64,000 nt of DNA from Callorhinchus milii (lineage: Eukaryota). The notes below the pieces were generated by a model that was given only the letters and a program-made list of their open reading frames with translations, ran no database searches and was not told the DNA's origin. Made by a program: the position numbers and the translations under genes. This document shows, one piece after another, positions 51,641 to 64,000 of the stretch. The DNA lies in contig NW_024704742.1 in assembly GCF_018977255.1 (NCBI RefSeq), forward strand, positions 54,996,001-55,060,000. Reading direction: 5' to 3'. Each line of letters starts with the position of its first letter. Within the stretch, counting starts at the first letter, position 1.

Positions 51641-53686
51641 TTCATGTTTTGCTTATAACTTGGCCTCTGAGCCAATGGACCCATTTGATCGTGAGGTTCA
51701 CCTGGATATGTCATATATAATCCCAGATCCCTGCTCTTTCCATTTTGTGCTCTTTAGACATCGATCCAGTCCCTTTTCAAATGTTATTGTTGCCTCAGCC
51801 TCAATAGCTACTCCTTGCAAACATCAAATCCTATAGGAATTTGGGGGATATTTTTTTCAGATTTTTACAGATAGTTCAGACATTGTGGGTCACCATAGCT
51901 TTCATGGGAGTTTGTTTGGTGTTATATCTTTTATGAAAATTGTTAAACAAGGATTCATGGCCCAGACAAAAGGGACTTCCTCCTGGTGACCTGGCCAACA
52001 ATCCCCCAAGTCCCCAGGGTCTCTGCCAAAGGTATGAAGGCAGGTATGAAATGATTAGCCTGTGTCTCAAGAGCAAGCCAAGACATTGAGGAGTAAGTCA
52101 CAGAAGCAGAGAGGAGCCATGGAACCAGCATAAATCGCTGTTCAACTGCCTGGCTTTAAAATGCTGCAACTGATAAAACACTTGAGGTACATCCAAGCCC
52201 ACCAGCAGGAACTTAAATCCACTCATTTCTTCAGGATGCCAAGAAAACAGGTGCATTTAGGTTATTTTGGGTTTCGTTGATAGCCTTCCACAATAGACTA
52301 AGATTTATAAGCATGTCCAGTTGTTCGCTTTACTGCTGACATTAAATCTTCGTGTTGATGTAGAGCAGCAAATGAATCAGCTGTACCCCACTCAATCTAC
52401 TCTCTTATCAATGGGCGAACTTTCAGGCATTCTGTCTCCACTCTTTGGAACTCCAACCCAGAACCCCTCTGGCTTGTTTCCGGCCTCACTCCTTGCCACT
52501 CTTCCTCCTTCCCCATTTTTAAATCCTACCCTACTAGCTTTTGGCTACCTTTCAACCCCCACCCCCTGCCCTCAGCTCGAGTTCCTAATCAGCTGTGTAA
52601 CCGGTTTGAGATACCCTCCCAATATGAAAGGTTTTACTTAAATATAGATTGTAATTACATCATATCCAATACATGCATTGTTTATTAAATTGTATTGTAA
52701 ATGCAAGATTATAAGTCACTATTGGCCAATTACATTTGACACTTCATCAGTTTAACTTGTTCCTGTGACAGAAGTCACTTAGAACCCAGAAGGAATGTAT
52801 TCAATTTTAATGTAATTTTCAATGGCACATTATTGTCTTGGAATTCTGTCTGGCTGTAATTAATGAACAGAATTGTAATCTCTAACACTGTTTTGAGTTT
52901 CACTGTGAATAAGGATGTGTTGGAAGATTTAAGCATGATCGGAATTTGTGTTTCAACTTTTAATGTTTGATACTCTACCAGGTTACTGGTTATCTGTTAG
53001 TTAATGAATGGGGAGCTGGTTACCTGCAAGCACTGGCGAGCTGTTTCATTCTACCCACCCTATCAATTTTAGCACCAATAATAACACTTAGCACAAAATA
53101 ATTTATTACAAAACTTTTTAAATGCACTTGGTGACAAACTGTTGGCATACTTTGCAAATCACTGTAGCATACAATTAGCAAATTTGTATATAATTTATAT
53201 ATAATTGCATTTTAGCGCTCTGAGATGCCGTCCAGCGTGGAGGGCGCTATATAAATCCAAGCTGTTGTTGTTGTTAACTGAGGCTTCCCCAGTCTGCATG
53301 CAGTGGAAACAACAGTACAGAAGGATCGGAGCAGGCTCAGCTGTGATCCCTTCTATGATCAACTAGATACCATCAATAGCTCTTTAAGCTTGTACATAAA
53401 GAATAGTCTCTTGGGCATAATATTGAATGGCTGCCAGCTCTTGTGGAACTATATCTCCAACAAAGAGTTGACGACTTTAGAAGGGAAAAAATATGGTAAT
53501 GCAAATTACAAATGGAACTAACTCATTGGCACAGGCTTGTGCATTCTCCGATGCATGCAATTACATGCTGAAGTAGACTTTTTCAATCAAGCAATAAACT
53601 ATAGCCTGCAAGGCAGACATGTAAGCCAACCAACAGGTAGAATTTGACTTAAAACTGCTGTTCAATTCCTCGTGCTATTTTGGCAG

Positions 53687-53789
53687 CTGTCATGGCGTTC
53701 CTGTTTGACCTGAAGGCCCTAGTGGATATGATGTCTATCGGAACACTTTTGGCATATTCTCTAGTTGCAGCCTGCGTTCTTCTCCTGAG
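53687..53789 (+). CDS. slc7a2: CAT-2 coding exon 7
   Basis: Encodes [35 protein letters not shown]; 103 nt; ggcag| acceptor and |gtagga donor. Confidence 0.96.
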
Positions 53790-54199
53790 GTAGGAACTGA
53801 TATACATCATATCTAATGTTCAATAGACAACAGTCCTGTTTCACTGAATGATATTCAAGAGAGAGCTTATCATTCAAGAGGGGGTGTAGTGACAATGCAC
53901 ATAGCTTGTGAAATAGTGAAAATCAACAATTCATTTCAGTTGGTTCAATTCAGTTTACTTCAATATTTTTGATAATGCATTGATAATCAGGGACTTGATG
54001 TGTCTTTTAGAAATCATAACCAGAGATTGTTCATGACATCTCTTTGATTCAACTTGTTCAGTTAGCTCTCTCCACACGATGATCCAATGTGATTGATAGA
54101 GAGAATAGCTCTCTGCTCTCAATCCCAGGTGATGGACACCTAAATCTAGATCCTAATGGTATCCTCCTCTGCCCTCCTTCCTTGCCTAATGACCAGTGA

Positions 54200-54545
54200 G
54201 CCCACAACAGGACTTTGAGCTCACAACCCAAGCTGACACCCTATATTGCTGGAGGTGTCAACAGCTGGAGGAGACATTAAACCAAGTCTTCACCTGTCAG
54301 TTCATATGAACGTTAAAGAACCCATGATACTATTTTGAAAAGAGAAGGAAGTTTCGCCCAATATCCTTGCCAACAATCCTCCTATTGATCACTCACTTCC
54401 TGGCTATTTGTGGGACAGTTGCTGTGTTCAAATTGTCTGTTGAGTTCCCTACAAATTCCAGGCACTACAATTTACAGCAATTACTGTAAAGTACTTTGAA
54501 ACATTTTGACATCGACATTAGGTCAGTTTCAAGGATTATTATGTT
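54200..54545 (+). mobile_element. Deu-domain SINE
   Basis: ggaggtgtca...gagacattaaaccaag...gttaaagaacccatgatactatt. Confidence 0.7.
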
Positions 54546-55014
54546 ACCACTGCACTTCCCTACCGCTGCCCTCTACTCCACCCACACAGCTAGTCAAATA
54601 TTTGTCACCTAAAGAAATGTTGTTTTGGCTTTTCTACCCTCTTCTGAAGATAGTTCCTCATGCTGAGGTATGGTTTCACTTATGGCACCAGCGCTCCAGC
54701 ACTTCATCCAAGTAGTTTGAAATATCAATTAGTATCCATGAGCTTGTGAACCCAAATGAACATTATTATTTTGCTCACTAAGATGGTTGTAAAGTTATTA
54801 TTGTAGGGTGGGGGAAGTATGCCTCCTTTAAGTTAAAATATTACTATTAACCTCCCTTAGCTCACCCTGGTGTCCTGACCAAAGATAGTTCTAAAACTAC
54901 CAGAAGAGTTAGTATAAAATACATAGTGAATATTTGTGAAATTAGAAGAACATAACATTGATTTTATTAAGAAGTTTATATTTCTAAACATGAACTTATT
55001 TAAAAAACAACCAG

Positions 55015-55229
55015 GTATCAGCCAGATGCAGACTACAAAAAACAAAATTGCTCTCCAGAAACAGAGAATCTCACAACTCAAGAAGAAGGTGAATTGGACA
55101 CGAGTGTATCAGACCTCCGAGTGTCTGACCTAAAAGATCAAGACATCAGCTGTTCAACAATAATAAACCCCTCTATGATTGCAACACAACAGACATCAAA
55201 TGTGGTGCATGGCTGTGTGGGGCTTATAG
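55015..55229 (+). CDS. slc7a2: CAT-2 coding exon 8 (variable loop)
   Basis: Encodes (R)YQPDADYKKQNCSPE...PSMIATQQTSNVVHGCVGLI; 215 nt; open frame with phases fitting both neighbours; |gtacgt donor. Confidence 0.9.
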
Positions 55230-55841
55230 GTACGTGAAGGTAAACAATACAACAATACAAAATTACATTTGTAATTATCATTGTCCTCCTGCCTTTCACG
55301 TCAGGCGGACAATGAGAATATTTCTGGTGAGTATTCATGGTTCTATTAATTTAGTGCCATGCCTTTGTTAAAGTGACCTCAACTTTATCCATTTTGAATT
55401 GGGAAAGAAAATTCTTTGATGGATGTAACTATCCTGCTGTGCTCCATCATGACGTGCATCAATTTTTGCAGCTGTGCTCAATGGTATGACTCAACCACAA
55501 AAGGAGCTGGTTAGGAAGAATCCTTACCCCCAGACATGTCTGCCTCCCCAAATACTACCAATGAGCTTGTCTGTCATCAGCAGTGTCCTAGAGTAGTGCG
55601 GACCTGCTTGGCTCAGGACTTGGCTACCGAGACCACCACAGAGGATTGACTTGATTTTAATAGTCAATTGTCAAGTGTGTCACCTTGGAGGCAGTTCAGT
55701 TTCAAGGAGACCCTGCTTACCTCCCCCACCCTCTGGAGGATAGTCAACTCCCCCCCACCCCTCCCCCCCACAAGGATGATAGAGTAATTGTGACAGAAGC
55801 AGGAATAGTCTAACAGTGACAGAGGGAGTGTAAAGGTGACA

Positions 55842-56228
55842 AACAACAACAGGATTCCATTTATAGAGCGCCTTTCATGTCGGGAGGACGTCCCAAGGTG
55901 CTGTACAGTTGGGTCAGGACCCGAGCAGGGGGGAAATGGTCAGGGTGAGGGGAGGGAAGGGAGGGAGCGAGGAGGGGGTAGAGAGTCGAGAGGGGAGCTG
56001 AAGGCGCGGTCAAAGAGAAAGGTCTTGAGACCGGCCTTGAAGGAGGAAAGGGAGGAAGCGGCGAAGGCACTGGGGGATGGAGTTCCAGAGCCTCGGGGCT
56101 GAGAGGCTGAAGGCCCGACCACCGATGGTAGGGCGGTTGGGCGGGGGATGTGGAGCAGACCGGAGCCAGAGAAACGGAGGGTACAGGCAGGTAAGTAAGG
56201 GGATAGTAGGTCGGAGAGGTAGGAGAGG
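55842..56228 (-). mobile_element. Young L2 3' end
   Basis: (CAA)n tail; the minus strand reads TIGGRAFSLSAPRLWNSIP. Confidence 0.88.
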
Positions 56229-56358
56229 CTCTGGAACTTCAAAGGCTTCAGATAAAATTATTCTAAAAGGAAGCAACATTGAAATGAAAATTATTAGAGT
56301 TAGTTAGTGTGGATTGTACATCTACACTGAATAACTGAATTCACTTTCTTTTCTTTAG

Positions 56359-56525
56359 GTATTTTGGTTTGTGCGTTGAGTGTGCTGATTACGCACCACA
56401 TTGAAGCACTCCTTTCAATGGTGACCTGGAGCATAGCACTTCTTGTTGTGCTCCTCGCGATATTTGCTGGGATGGTCTTCATCATATGGAAGCAACCTCA
56501 AAATCAGAACAAAGTGGTCTTCATG
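56359..56525 (+). CDS. slc7a2: CAT-2 coding exon 9
   Basis: Encodes (G)ILVCALSVL...IIWKQPQNQNKVVFM; 167 nt; ctttag| acceptor and |gtaagc donor. Confidence 0.95.
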
Positions 56526-56699
56526 GTAAGCAGTTCTGTTGTTGAATTCAACAATGGGGAGGGAAGGGAGACCCAAGCAGGTAAACAAATTGTGTATCAC
56601 AGGCATTGTATGATGTTTCCTGAAAATGTTCATTGCTTGCCACATTATGCTGCTGCTGTCTAATCTGGGCTAGAGGAGTCTAAAATGCAATATTTAATT

Positions 56700-56930
56700 A
56701 GTAGATTGGCGGATCACTTTCCCAGCGATAATAATAATCCCTTCAAAAAATAAATAAATAATAATAATAATTTGGTCACTGAAATCACGGCTGATTGTAG
56801 GACACTGCTGTGCGGAATTGTCTGCCGTGTTTTACCCACAAAATATACAGTCAATTCACTTTACAATATGTCCTTTGAGACGTCTCAACCACGTGATAAG
56901 GCACTATAAAAATGCAAAGATCATTACTAA
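56700..56930 (+). mobile_element. tRNA-SINE 3' half
   Basis: Family body and tail. Confidence 0.75.
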
Positions 56931-58157
56931 TATTTTCCAAATTTCACATTTTAAATTAAAATTTGAAAAATATTCATGCAATTGTGCAGCATTGAGTCTG
57001 GTTTCTGGTTCTTGAGTTCCCATTTTTGAACTTCAGAACAAAAAATGCCGACTTTCAAAGCCCAAACATTAGAAAAGACTGACTTTGTCTGACTTTTGGG
57101 TTGTTTCTCAGACACATAAAGCCCCAAAAGCAAAACCCTAGGCATGTTTGTGATTGTGATTCTAATTGCAATTGCAACCAGCATTTAATTTTGAAAGTCA
57201 TTTGAAAACAATTTTTAACATCTCATAATCATGAGTAACAAACCAGGCATTGCAATTAACAAAACAAATCCAGTTGCAAACACATTATTTAACATTTCAA
57301 TAAATACCATGAAGTCCCCCAGGCTTTCAGAAGCTTTGCATCAGGATTTAAGATTATAACCTATGCTGATAACTCAGTGTAGTAGTATTGGGGAAGTGCT
57401 GCACCATCTGAGTGTGCCTTTTTTGGAGGTGACATAAAACCAAGTTCTCGATTGCCTGTTCAGGTGGGCGTTAAAGATTCCCTGGCACTATTTGAAAAGA
57501 GAAGGGAGTTTTCTCAGTATCCTTGTCAGCAATCCTCCAAATTAATTGATCATTCAATTGTGGGAGAATGACTATCATGTTCCTACAAAAACAGTTGCCA
57601 CACTTTTTAATGTGATGAGGTGCTATCTTCACTCTATCCAACACTGGCCCTGGTACCCTCCATATAAAATATTCCCTTGCACTTCCCCTGTGGACTTGTG
57701 GAGTATTTGATTACTTTAGGAATATATGAAAGCAGGAATAGGAGGAGGCCATTCAGCTCTTTGAGTTTATGACACCAGTTTGGTATATTTTGGGCAGATC
57801 TTTTAATCCCAATTCCCCTCCCTTTCGCCATATAACTTTATAGCTCTACTACCCAAGGCACTTTATGAAAAGCAAGAATTTGTCTTTCTCGCTTTTAAAT
57901 ATTGCTATTCTGTCAGTGCAGCTTTTTGGACAGAGCATTCCATATTTTATTTCAATCCATTCTAATCTTATTTCCAGTTAGGGTAATTACCTAATGGAAC
58001 TCTTTTTTTACTCTGCCTCAGTTAGCTTTGCTAACATACACAGCTGTGTCAGAGGTTTAGTAATCCCACAGTCTCTGTGAATTATTACTTATGAAATATC
58101 GAATTGTAGGATTTTAAGACGGGCTAAAAATTGGTTAACACTTGTACTTAATTATAG

Positions 58158-58492
58158 AATAATCCTTGCATTTGATATTACACCTTATCACGTTCTTGAG
58201 ACGTCTCAGTGCGTTTCACAGAATATACTGTAAAGTGGATTGAATGTTTATTTAGTGGGCAAAATGCGACAGCCAATTGTGTACAGCAGTGTCCCACAAA
58301 CAGTCATGGATTGAGTGACCAAATTTTTTTTGAGGGATTATTACCCCCGAAAAGGGATCTGCCAATCGATTAACAACTTTTTTTTTACTTATTGCTAAGT
58401 AAGCAGAGGCGTGTGGAGTAAGGAAACTTACCTAAGGCTTCAGCCCATCCAGCTTCCGAGGCGAGCGTGCAAACCACTACGCTACGGGAGTC
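58158..58492 (-). mobile_element. tRNA-derived SINE
   Basis: Reverse complement of the family, with the head at about 58490. Confidence 0.85.
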
Positions 58493-58634
58493 TACTTAAA
58501 TATAGGAAGGAAGCATTTTAGGAAAGAAAGGAGAAAAAAAGAAATTTCAAGCGATGTGAGCATCCTTCCGATGCGAAAGGCACTACTTAAATAAATTGTA
58601 CTGTATTGTATTGACGCTGTTGATTTTTTTCTAG

Positions 58635-58743
58635 GTGCCGTTCTTACCATTCTTGCCTATTGTCAGCATTTTTGTCAATATTTACCTAATGATCCAGTTG
58701 AGTGTGGACACTTGGATTCGCTTTGCTATATGGATGGCTGTTG
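58635..58743 (+). CDS. slc7a2: CAT-2 coding exon 10
   Basis: Encodes [36 protein letters not shown]; 109 nt; ttctag| acceptor and |gtaaga donor. Confidence 0.96.
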
Positions 58744-59010
58744 GTAAGAATCTGAATCTGTGAAATTTTTTTATTTAAATACAGTGACTTAGAACGCGAT
58801 GAGAATGTGGAAATCTCTTCCAAAATTTTAATTGATAACATTGTACAACTAGGATAAATTTCCTTTACAGCAGAAACTTGTATTTGTATTAGCAGTCTTC
58901 ATACAGGGTAGCACCTTGGAGCATTATTAAAATGTAATGTGAATAGCAGAGCCGAACAATAACTACAGTCTCAGCAGTGCTCAATTGTCTCCTTTTTTTC
59001 TTGTTTACAG

Positions 59011-59183
59011 GGTTTGTCATCTACTTTAGTTATGGCATCAGACACAGTGTTGAAGGGCACCGTGATGATGAGTCAATAAACAGTGAAATAGAGAATAAAG
59101 ATCCCGACGAAGGCCTGGACAATGATGACAATGCAACCGAGCTTGAACAGTTCATTCTGAACGAGAAGACAAGCGAATTTTAG
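59011..59183 (+). CDS. slc7a2: CAT-2 last coding exon
   Basis: Encodes (G)FVIYFSYGIRHSVEG...FILNEKTSEF followed by TAG; tttacag| acceptor. Confidence 0.96.
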
Positions 59184-61299
59184 CTGTGAAAGGTGACACA
59201 GACACCAGTCTGTTACTCAGCAATATCACATCTGTGTTATAATGAGCAGTATAACTATGCTGACTGTTATACCTGAACTATGTCAAATATCTGTAAGCGT
59301 CAGCTTTCTACTTACAAATTAATATTTTTGGAAGAGCTCATTGTTTGCCTAGAAGTATATCTGCCTATTAGCTGCTGTACTCTGTGTCACATTTGCTAGG
59401 GCCGCTACATTCAGTGGCTCTGCCGTTAATCTGAATCTCCATCAGAAATGCTCTGAGTGAAAAGTTAAGTATTTTTTTCCCCACAATAAAGGACTGACCG
59501 CTGTAGAAGAAAGATAAACGACATTTAGTAGGAACCAAGAGTCTAACGATATGTTACTTTCTTCTTTGCAACATATATCGGGAGCAGAGAAAGAGCATTC
59601 CTGATACAAGTCAAAAGATGATGCAAATTATTTTTTATAGCCTTTAGACAAAGCTTATTGATAAACCTAGGACTTTTATAATTACTGTTACTGGTGTAAT
59701 TGTAAGCTGTGTGTGTTTTAATTGGTGCTACTACATTCAATTATAATATGATATACAGATGGAGCAACATTATCCCATCCGTTATGATTAAAATAAATTT
59801 ACACTGAAAAAGAGCAAGATTTCAACAGAGGTTGGATACAAAACAAAAGATGAGTTAAAAAAAATGAACGATTGGGAAGTTTAAAGCTGACACTTGTGTT
59901 AATTAATCTGCAACATCAGGCTTGTAGGCACGGAATTTTAGTGTATCTGAGGGATTCAGATCAATTAGTTTGGAGATATTCTGAAAGTGGATGACAGCCA
60001 TTCATGTACAAAAACTATACAGAAAACAAATCTAGTATACAAACTCGTCTTAATTTGCAAACTATTTATCAGCGATAAGGAAGGCGTTCACCTACAAAAT
60101 CCAGTCGCTACACTTTACAGTAAATCCTGTGAAACACTTAGAGACATCCTGCTGGTGTGAAAGGCGCTGAATCAAATGCAAGGATTATCATTGTGTAAAG
60201 GTTTGGTGCTGACAAATCCTTAGGAGGGCAAGTTTTTCTTGCTGAACTATTTTTGGTAGTGCTGTATTTTAACTTCATGCGATGAATTAGGTTTGGAAGT
60301 TATCTGGTCTTTTTAACCTCTTCTTTCAATTTTGACTGGATCAACAACAAGAACTTGCATTTATAGAGCACCCCTTGCACGGAGAATCGTCCCAGTGCGT
60401 TTGGTGGTTATGTCAGTTAGAATCAAAGAAATGTACAGTATATAAAGAGGCTATTTGGCCCATTGAGTGTGCACTTGCTGTCAGAGCAAGGTGTTTGAGT
60501 TCTATAGCAAGACTTCCAGATGAGTGAAAATGGGCACCTTGAGTACCACCTCCAATTGGATGATCACATTGCTATTGGCAGTGCTGGAGAAATTTACATC
60601 CTCACCATTGTTAGCCATGGAGATGTGGACATCAGGGTTAATGGGTTGTGGAATACATTACCATAAATGGTTATTTGTGGCTGGATCAATATAATCTATC
60701 AAAAGGCAATTGGATAATTGGATAAGTACCTGAACAGTAAAGATATTAAGGATTATATATATTATATATGAGGAGAGAGCTGTAAGGAAAGATTAAAATA
60801 AAGAGTGATTTAGAGACCAGGTAGCAATAATACAGACCCAGTGGATTAAATAGCCTCCTTCCGTGCTGAAAATCTGTGCTGTACCTGTCTAGGTCTGTTT
60901 CACCAGCCTGGCTGGAAGTTGATGGATGGGGAAATGATGATTTTTTGATGAGCTATAGGATGTCACAATGTTGTGACATAGTCTAATGGTCTAGATGTTT
61001 CATTTAATGCATATCAATTGGGTTGTTCTTGTTCTAAAAAAACATTGTGATGATGTAAACTCTACTGGGCTTGTGAAATCCACAAGTGTATTCGCAGTGA
61101 TGGTTTTCTAAAAGTGGAGGAAAACTAGAAGTTACAGTATTGGTCCCACATAGCCAGTGATATTTTTGCTGTTATTAACTTATAATAGTTAAGAGTATTA
61201 TAATACATTACTCAGCAGCTAACCGTGTTTTGTGGCAGGAGTGGGTGGTATAAGGTGAAACCAGCGGATTCCATTTTCAATTTAGCTTAAGATAGGTTT

Positions 61300-61990
61300 T
61301 CCTCAAATCCTGCATTGAACTCTGTCGTTCAGCTCTCTTCAAACCCTACATCCAACCTCTCAGCCGCTCAGCTCTCCTCAACCATATATCAAGGCTCTCA
61401 CTCAGTTTTTCCTCATTTCTGCAATATCTATACCACTACCCCTTCCCCAGGGCTGTCGAGACACTCAGCTAAGCCTTCATCATTTCCAGTCTCAACTATT
61501 TACAATTCTCTGCAGCCCAAAACCTCTCCCACATCAGGCTCCACAAGCCTGTTGTCCTCATCTTTGCTTGGCTCCCCATCCCCCAGCAGGTACAAGATCC
61601 TTGTCTACACTTTCAAATCCCTCCATAGCTTTACCCCACCCTCCCTCTGAGTCCTCCTGCAACCATACTGCCCTGATGCTCCCTCTCCCCTCAGCAAATA
61701 CCTGCTTCATGTCCAATTCCCCCCCTTCCCCACCCTAATCAGCCCCACCATTGGTGGAGGAGCTTTCAGCCATTCTGCTCCCTCTCTCTAACTTCATCGA
61801 ATAACTACAATGTAGGACATGGCAGAGTCGCTCCACTTTGCCCCTCCCTTCAAACCATACCTTGAGCTATATCTATTTCTCTGCGCTTTTAGCCACTTCC
61901 TCCCCAGTTTAAATCCCAGTCAGCTGTCTGCAGTACTTTGAGATGTCCTCCTAACGAGAAAAGTGTGGTATGAATGTATTTTTTTGTTGA
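61300..61990 (+). mobile_element. Old L2 fragment
   Basis: ttggctccccatcccc...aagatccttgtctacactttcaaatccctcca...ccattggtggaggagctttcagcc. Confidence 0.75.
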
Positions 61991-62849
61991 TACGTATTCT
62001 GCCGTCTTTGCTCCTATGTGCAGTTCTTTCTTCAGGTTCTTGCAGAGGCACAATACATATCCTGAATGACTGTAAGCTTTAGTGCCAATATAACTTGAAA
62101 GAATGTAATTGCGAAGAGTAATCGTGTAGGGGATCCAAGGTCCATTGCAGTAATGATTGCATTTTAATCTGTGTTCCATCTCCATAAGTCTCTGCAGCCC
62201 AATGGACTGGAAATGGACAAAATAGAAGTACAGTGACAGCTCTTAAAGCTAAATTAGCTTGTTTAAACCTAACCTTCTCACATTCTATTGTTTCCTGATT
62301 TTTAAATTGTTGTAAACAAACACAATGATAGTCAGACAACAAAAACTTGCATTTATATGATATCCGTCACACAGCATAGCGTCTCGGAGGTCTTAATATT
62401 AAGTAGTTGGATGCCGAGCCAGGGAGATAGGGTAGGTGACCACAGGCATGGTCAAAGAGGGAAGCCTTCAGGTGTGATCTGAAGACACAAAAAGATGTGG
62501 CAAGGTGGAGGGACTGAGGCAGGGAGTTCCAGAGTGTCGGGGTGTAGTGACTGAAAGCATGGCCTCCGATGATGGAGCCGAGAAGTTGAAGGAAATGCAG
62601 AAGGACAATAGTGATGTATTACAAAAAGACTGATGGCACAGATGCTTCTGCTGCTCATGTTTAGTCGACTGATCCAGCTACTTGTACTTGTTGAATTTGG
62701 TGAATTTCTTAAATATTTTACCTTGTGCATTTTTGATCCATTCAAGTGTAAACGTCCTGGAATGCAGTGCAGTAATCGCAAGTCATTTCAAAAAGATACA
62801 ATGATTCATTGTACATTGGTATCATTGCTTTAAAATATATATCAAGCTA

Positions 62850-62855
62850 AATAAA
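62850..62855 (+). terminator. Candidate distal polyadenylation signal (proximal AATAAA also at 59485 and 59792)
   Basis: AATAAA preceded by TGTA motifs in AT-rich non-repeat sequence. Confidence 0.35.
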
Positions 62856-63315
62856 ATTGATATTCTATATTAAATGTAAGATCTATTCTAGTTGAAGCAT
62901 TATTAAGTATTATTAAGCATATTAATGAAACACCGATAATTTTAATTTAACATTTGACAAGAACTAATTTTTCAGATGTGTGTGAACAGGATTGGGCGTA
63001 AGAAGGGTTTGAGAATTCATGACACAACCCGTTCCTAATCCTAAAGTACCCAGTGGAGAGAAAGGAAGGAAAGACTGAAAGAGTTCTAACATAGATCACG
63101 TTCTCTTGGTCAAAGTAGCAACAGGTGTTGGCAAAACCTGACCAACAGGTTGCCTGCCTACATTGTTGGCTGCAAAATGGCATGTGATGTGGAGCCTATT
63201 TGTTTTAAAACTGAGATTTTGGGGAAAAAAGTAGTAACTCTAGAGCAGTTGTTGACAACCTGTGGCCCATGGGCCACTTTTGGTTCATGGTGGGATGTCA
63301 AGAAGTGGCCCGCAG

Positions 63316-63490
63316 AACAACAACAACAAGATTGCATTTATAGAGCGACTTTCACGTCGGGAGGACATCCCAAGGCACTAGACAGTTGGGTTGGGACCCG
63401 AGCAGGGGGGAAATGGTCAGGGGGAGGGAAGGGAGGGAGCGAGGAGGGGGTAGAGAGTCGAGAGGGGAGCTGAAGGCACGGTTGAAGAGA
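63316..63490 (-). mobile_element. Young L2 3' end
   Basis: Near-identical to the copies at 36781 and 55842. Confidence 0.85.
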
Positions 63491-64000
63491 ACACCTGCAT
63501 CAGTCCAGGCAAGTCCGCAGCAAATCAATACCTTGTTTCCGGTAGTTACTGAGCCACGACACCATGGTGCAGCAATAAATAAAGAAAAGTTCAATAAAGA
63601 AAAATGTATTTGGTTTGGCAACCACTTTTCTAGAGAACACCGAAAACTGCTAATTTCTTATTATTTTTTAAAAAAAACAAATGAAATAGATGTTTATTTT
63701 TGGAACTGCCGCCAGCAATCACATAATAATTCCAACCATTAATTTCACTCAATCCTCATTTCTGGAGCATTACAGCTCTGTAAAGGGTCTCAGCACCAAA
63801 GGTCAAGTACAAAACTGTACACCCAGAGCTCTGGTGGGAAGTTCAGTTTTGTTATAACGATAATACTGCTCTCCAGCAGAAAGTCGTTTTGTGTCATTCG
63901 TTCCCTGAAAGAATCCATCTCACTATCAATGCAGCAAATGTTTATTTTTAGTCTGTGCTGAAGTCGAGAGGAATGAAGATCTGGCGCTCCAAGATTATCG

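Larger units (their letters stand above)
37762..59183 (+). other. slc7a2: slc7a2 gene body, ATG to stop: cationic amino acid transporter 2 (CAT-2), APC superfamily; 11 coding exons per isoform; 654 aa (2B) or 653 aa (2A)
   Basis: The spliced translation closely matches mammalian CAT-2 as I recall it, from [18 protein letters not shown] and [22 protein letters not shown] to the C-terminal EKTSEF. All introns are GT-AG. Exon lengths 376+156+166+137+223+140(or 137)+103+215+167+109+173 keep the frame. Confidence 0.97.

Noticed and set aside
63973..64000. ATG AAG ATC TGG (MKIW), reminiscent of the start of PDGFRL, the downstream neighbour in mammals
   Set aside because: Only nine codons are visible and no hydrophobic signal peptide is evident; the next window is needed.
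1..64000. CRISPR arrays, rRNA or prokaryotic operons
   Set aside because: None seen; the recurring sequences are dispersed retroposons in a spliced vertebrate locus.

Overview
This is a eukaryotic, repeat-rich vertebrate window. The repeat complement (L2, CR1, Deu-type and tRNA-Ala SINEs, Penelope) suggests a cartilaginous fish, but that is inferred, not proven. It contains one complete protein-coding gene on the + strand, slc7a2 (cationic amino acid transporter CAT-2), with ATG at 37762 and stop ending at 59183. There are 12 coding exons, all with GT-AG introns and consistent phases. Two of them are mutually exclusive: 49154-49293 (CAT-2B type, 654 aa product) and 50329-50465 (CAT-2A type, 653 aa product). 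The first 37 kb has no recognisable coding exon and is probably 5' intron or upstream sequence, with a candidate promoter and non-coding first exon near 1.9-2.3 kb. The most notable extras are RBFOX motifs placed as a 2B-to-2A switch, three hairpins just upstream of the alternative exons, a minimal hammerhead ribozyme in an intronic Penelope remnant, an ETS-CRE motif cluster, and a perfect 28-bp inverted repeat bracketing about 850 bp. Repeat boundaries are approximate and read by eye; exon boundaries were counted base by base.
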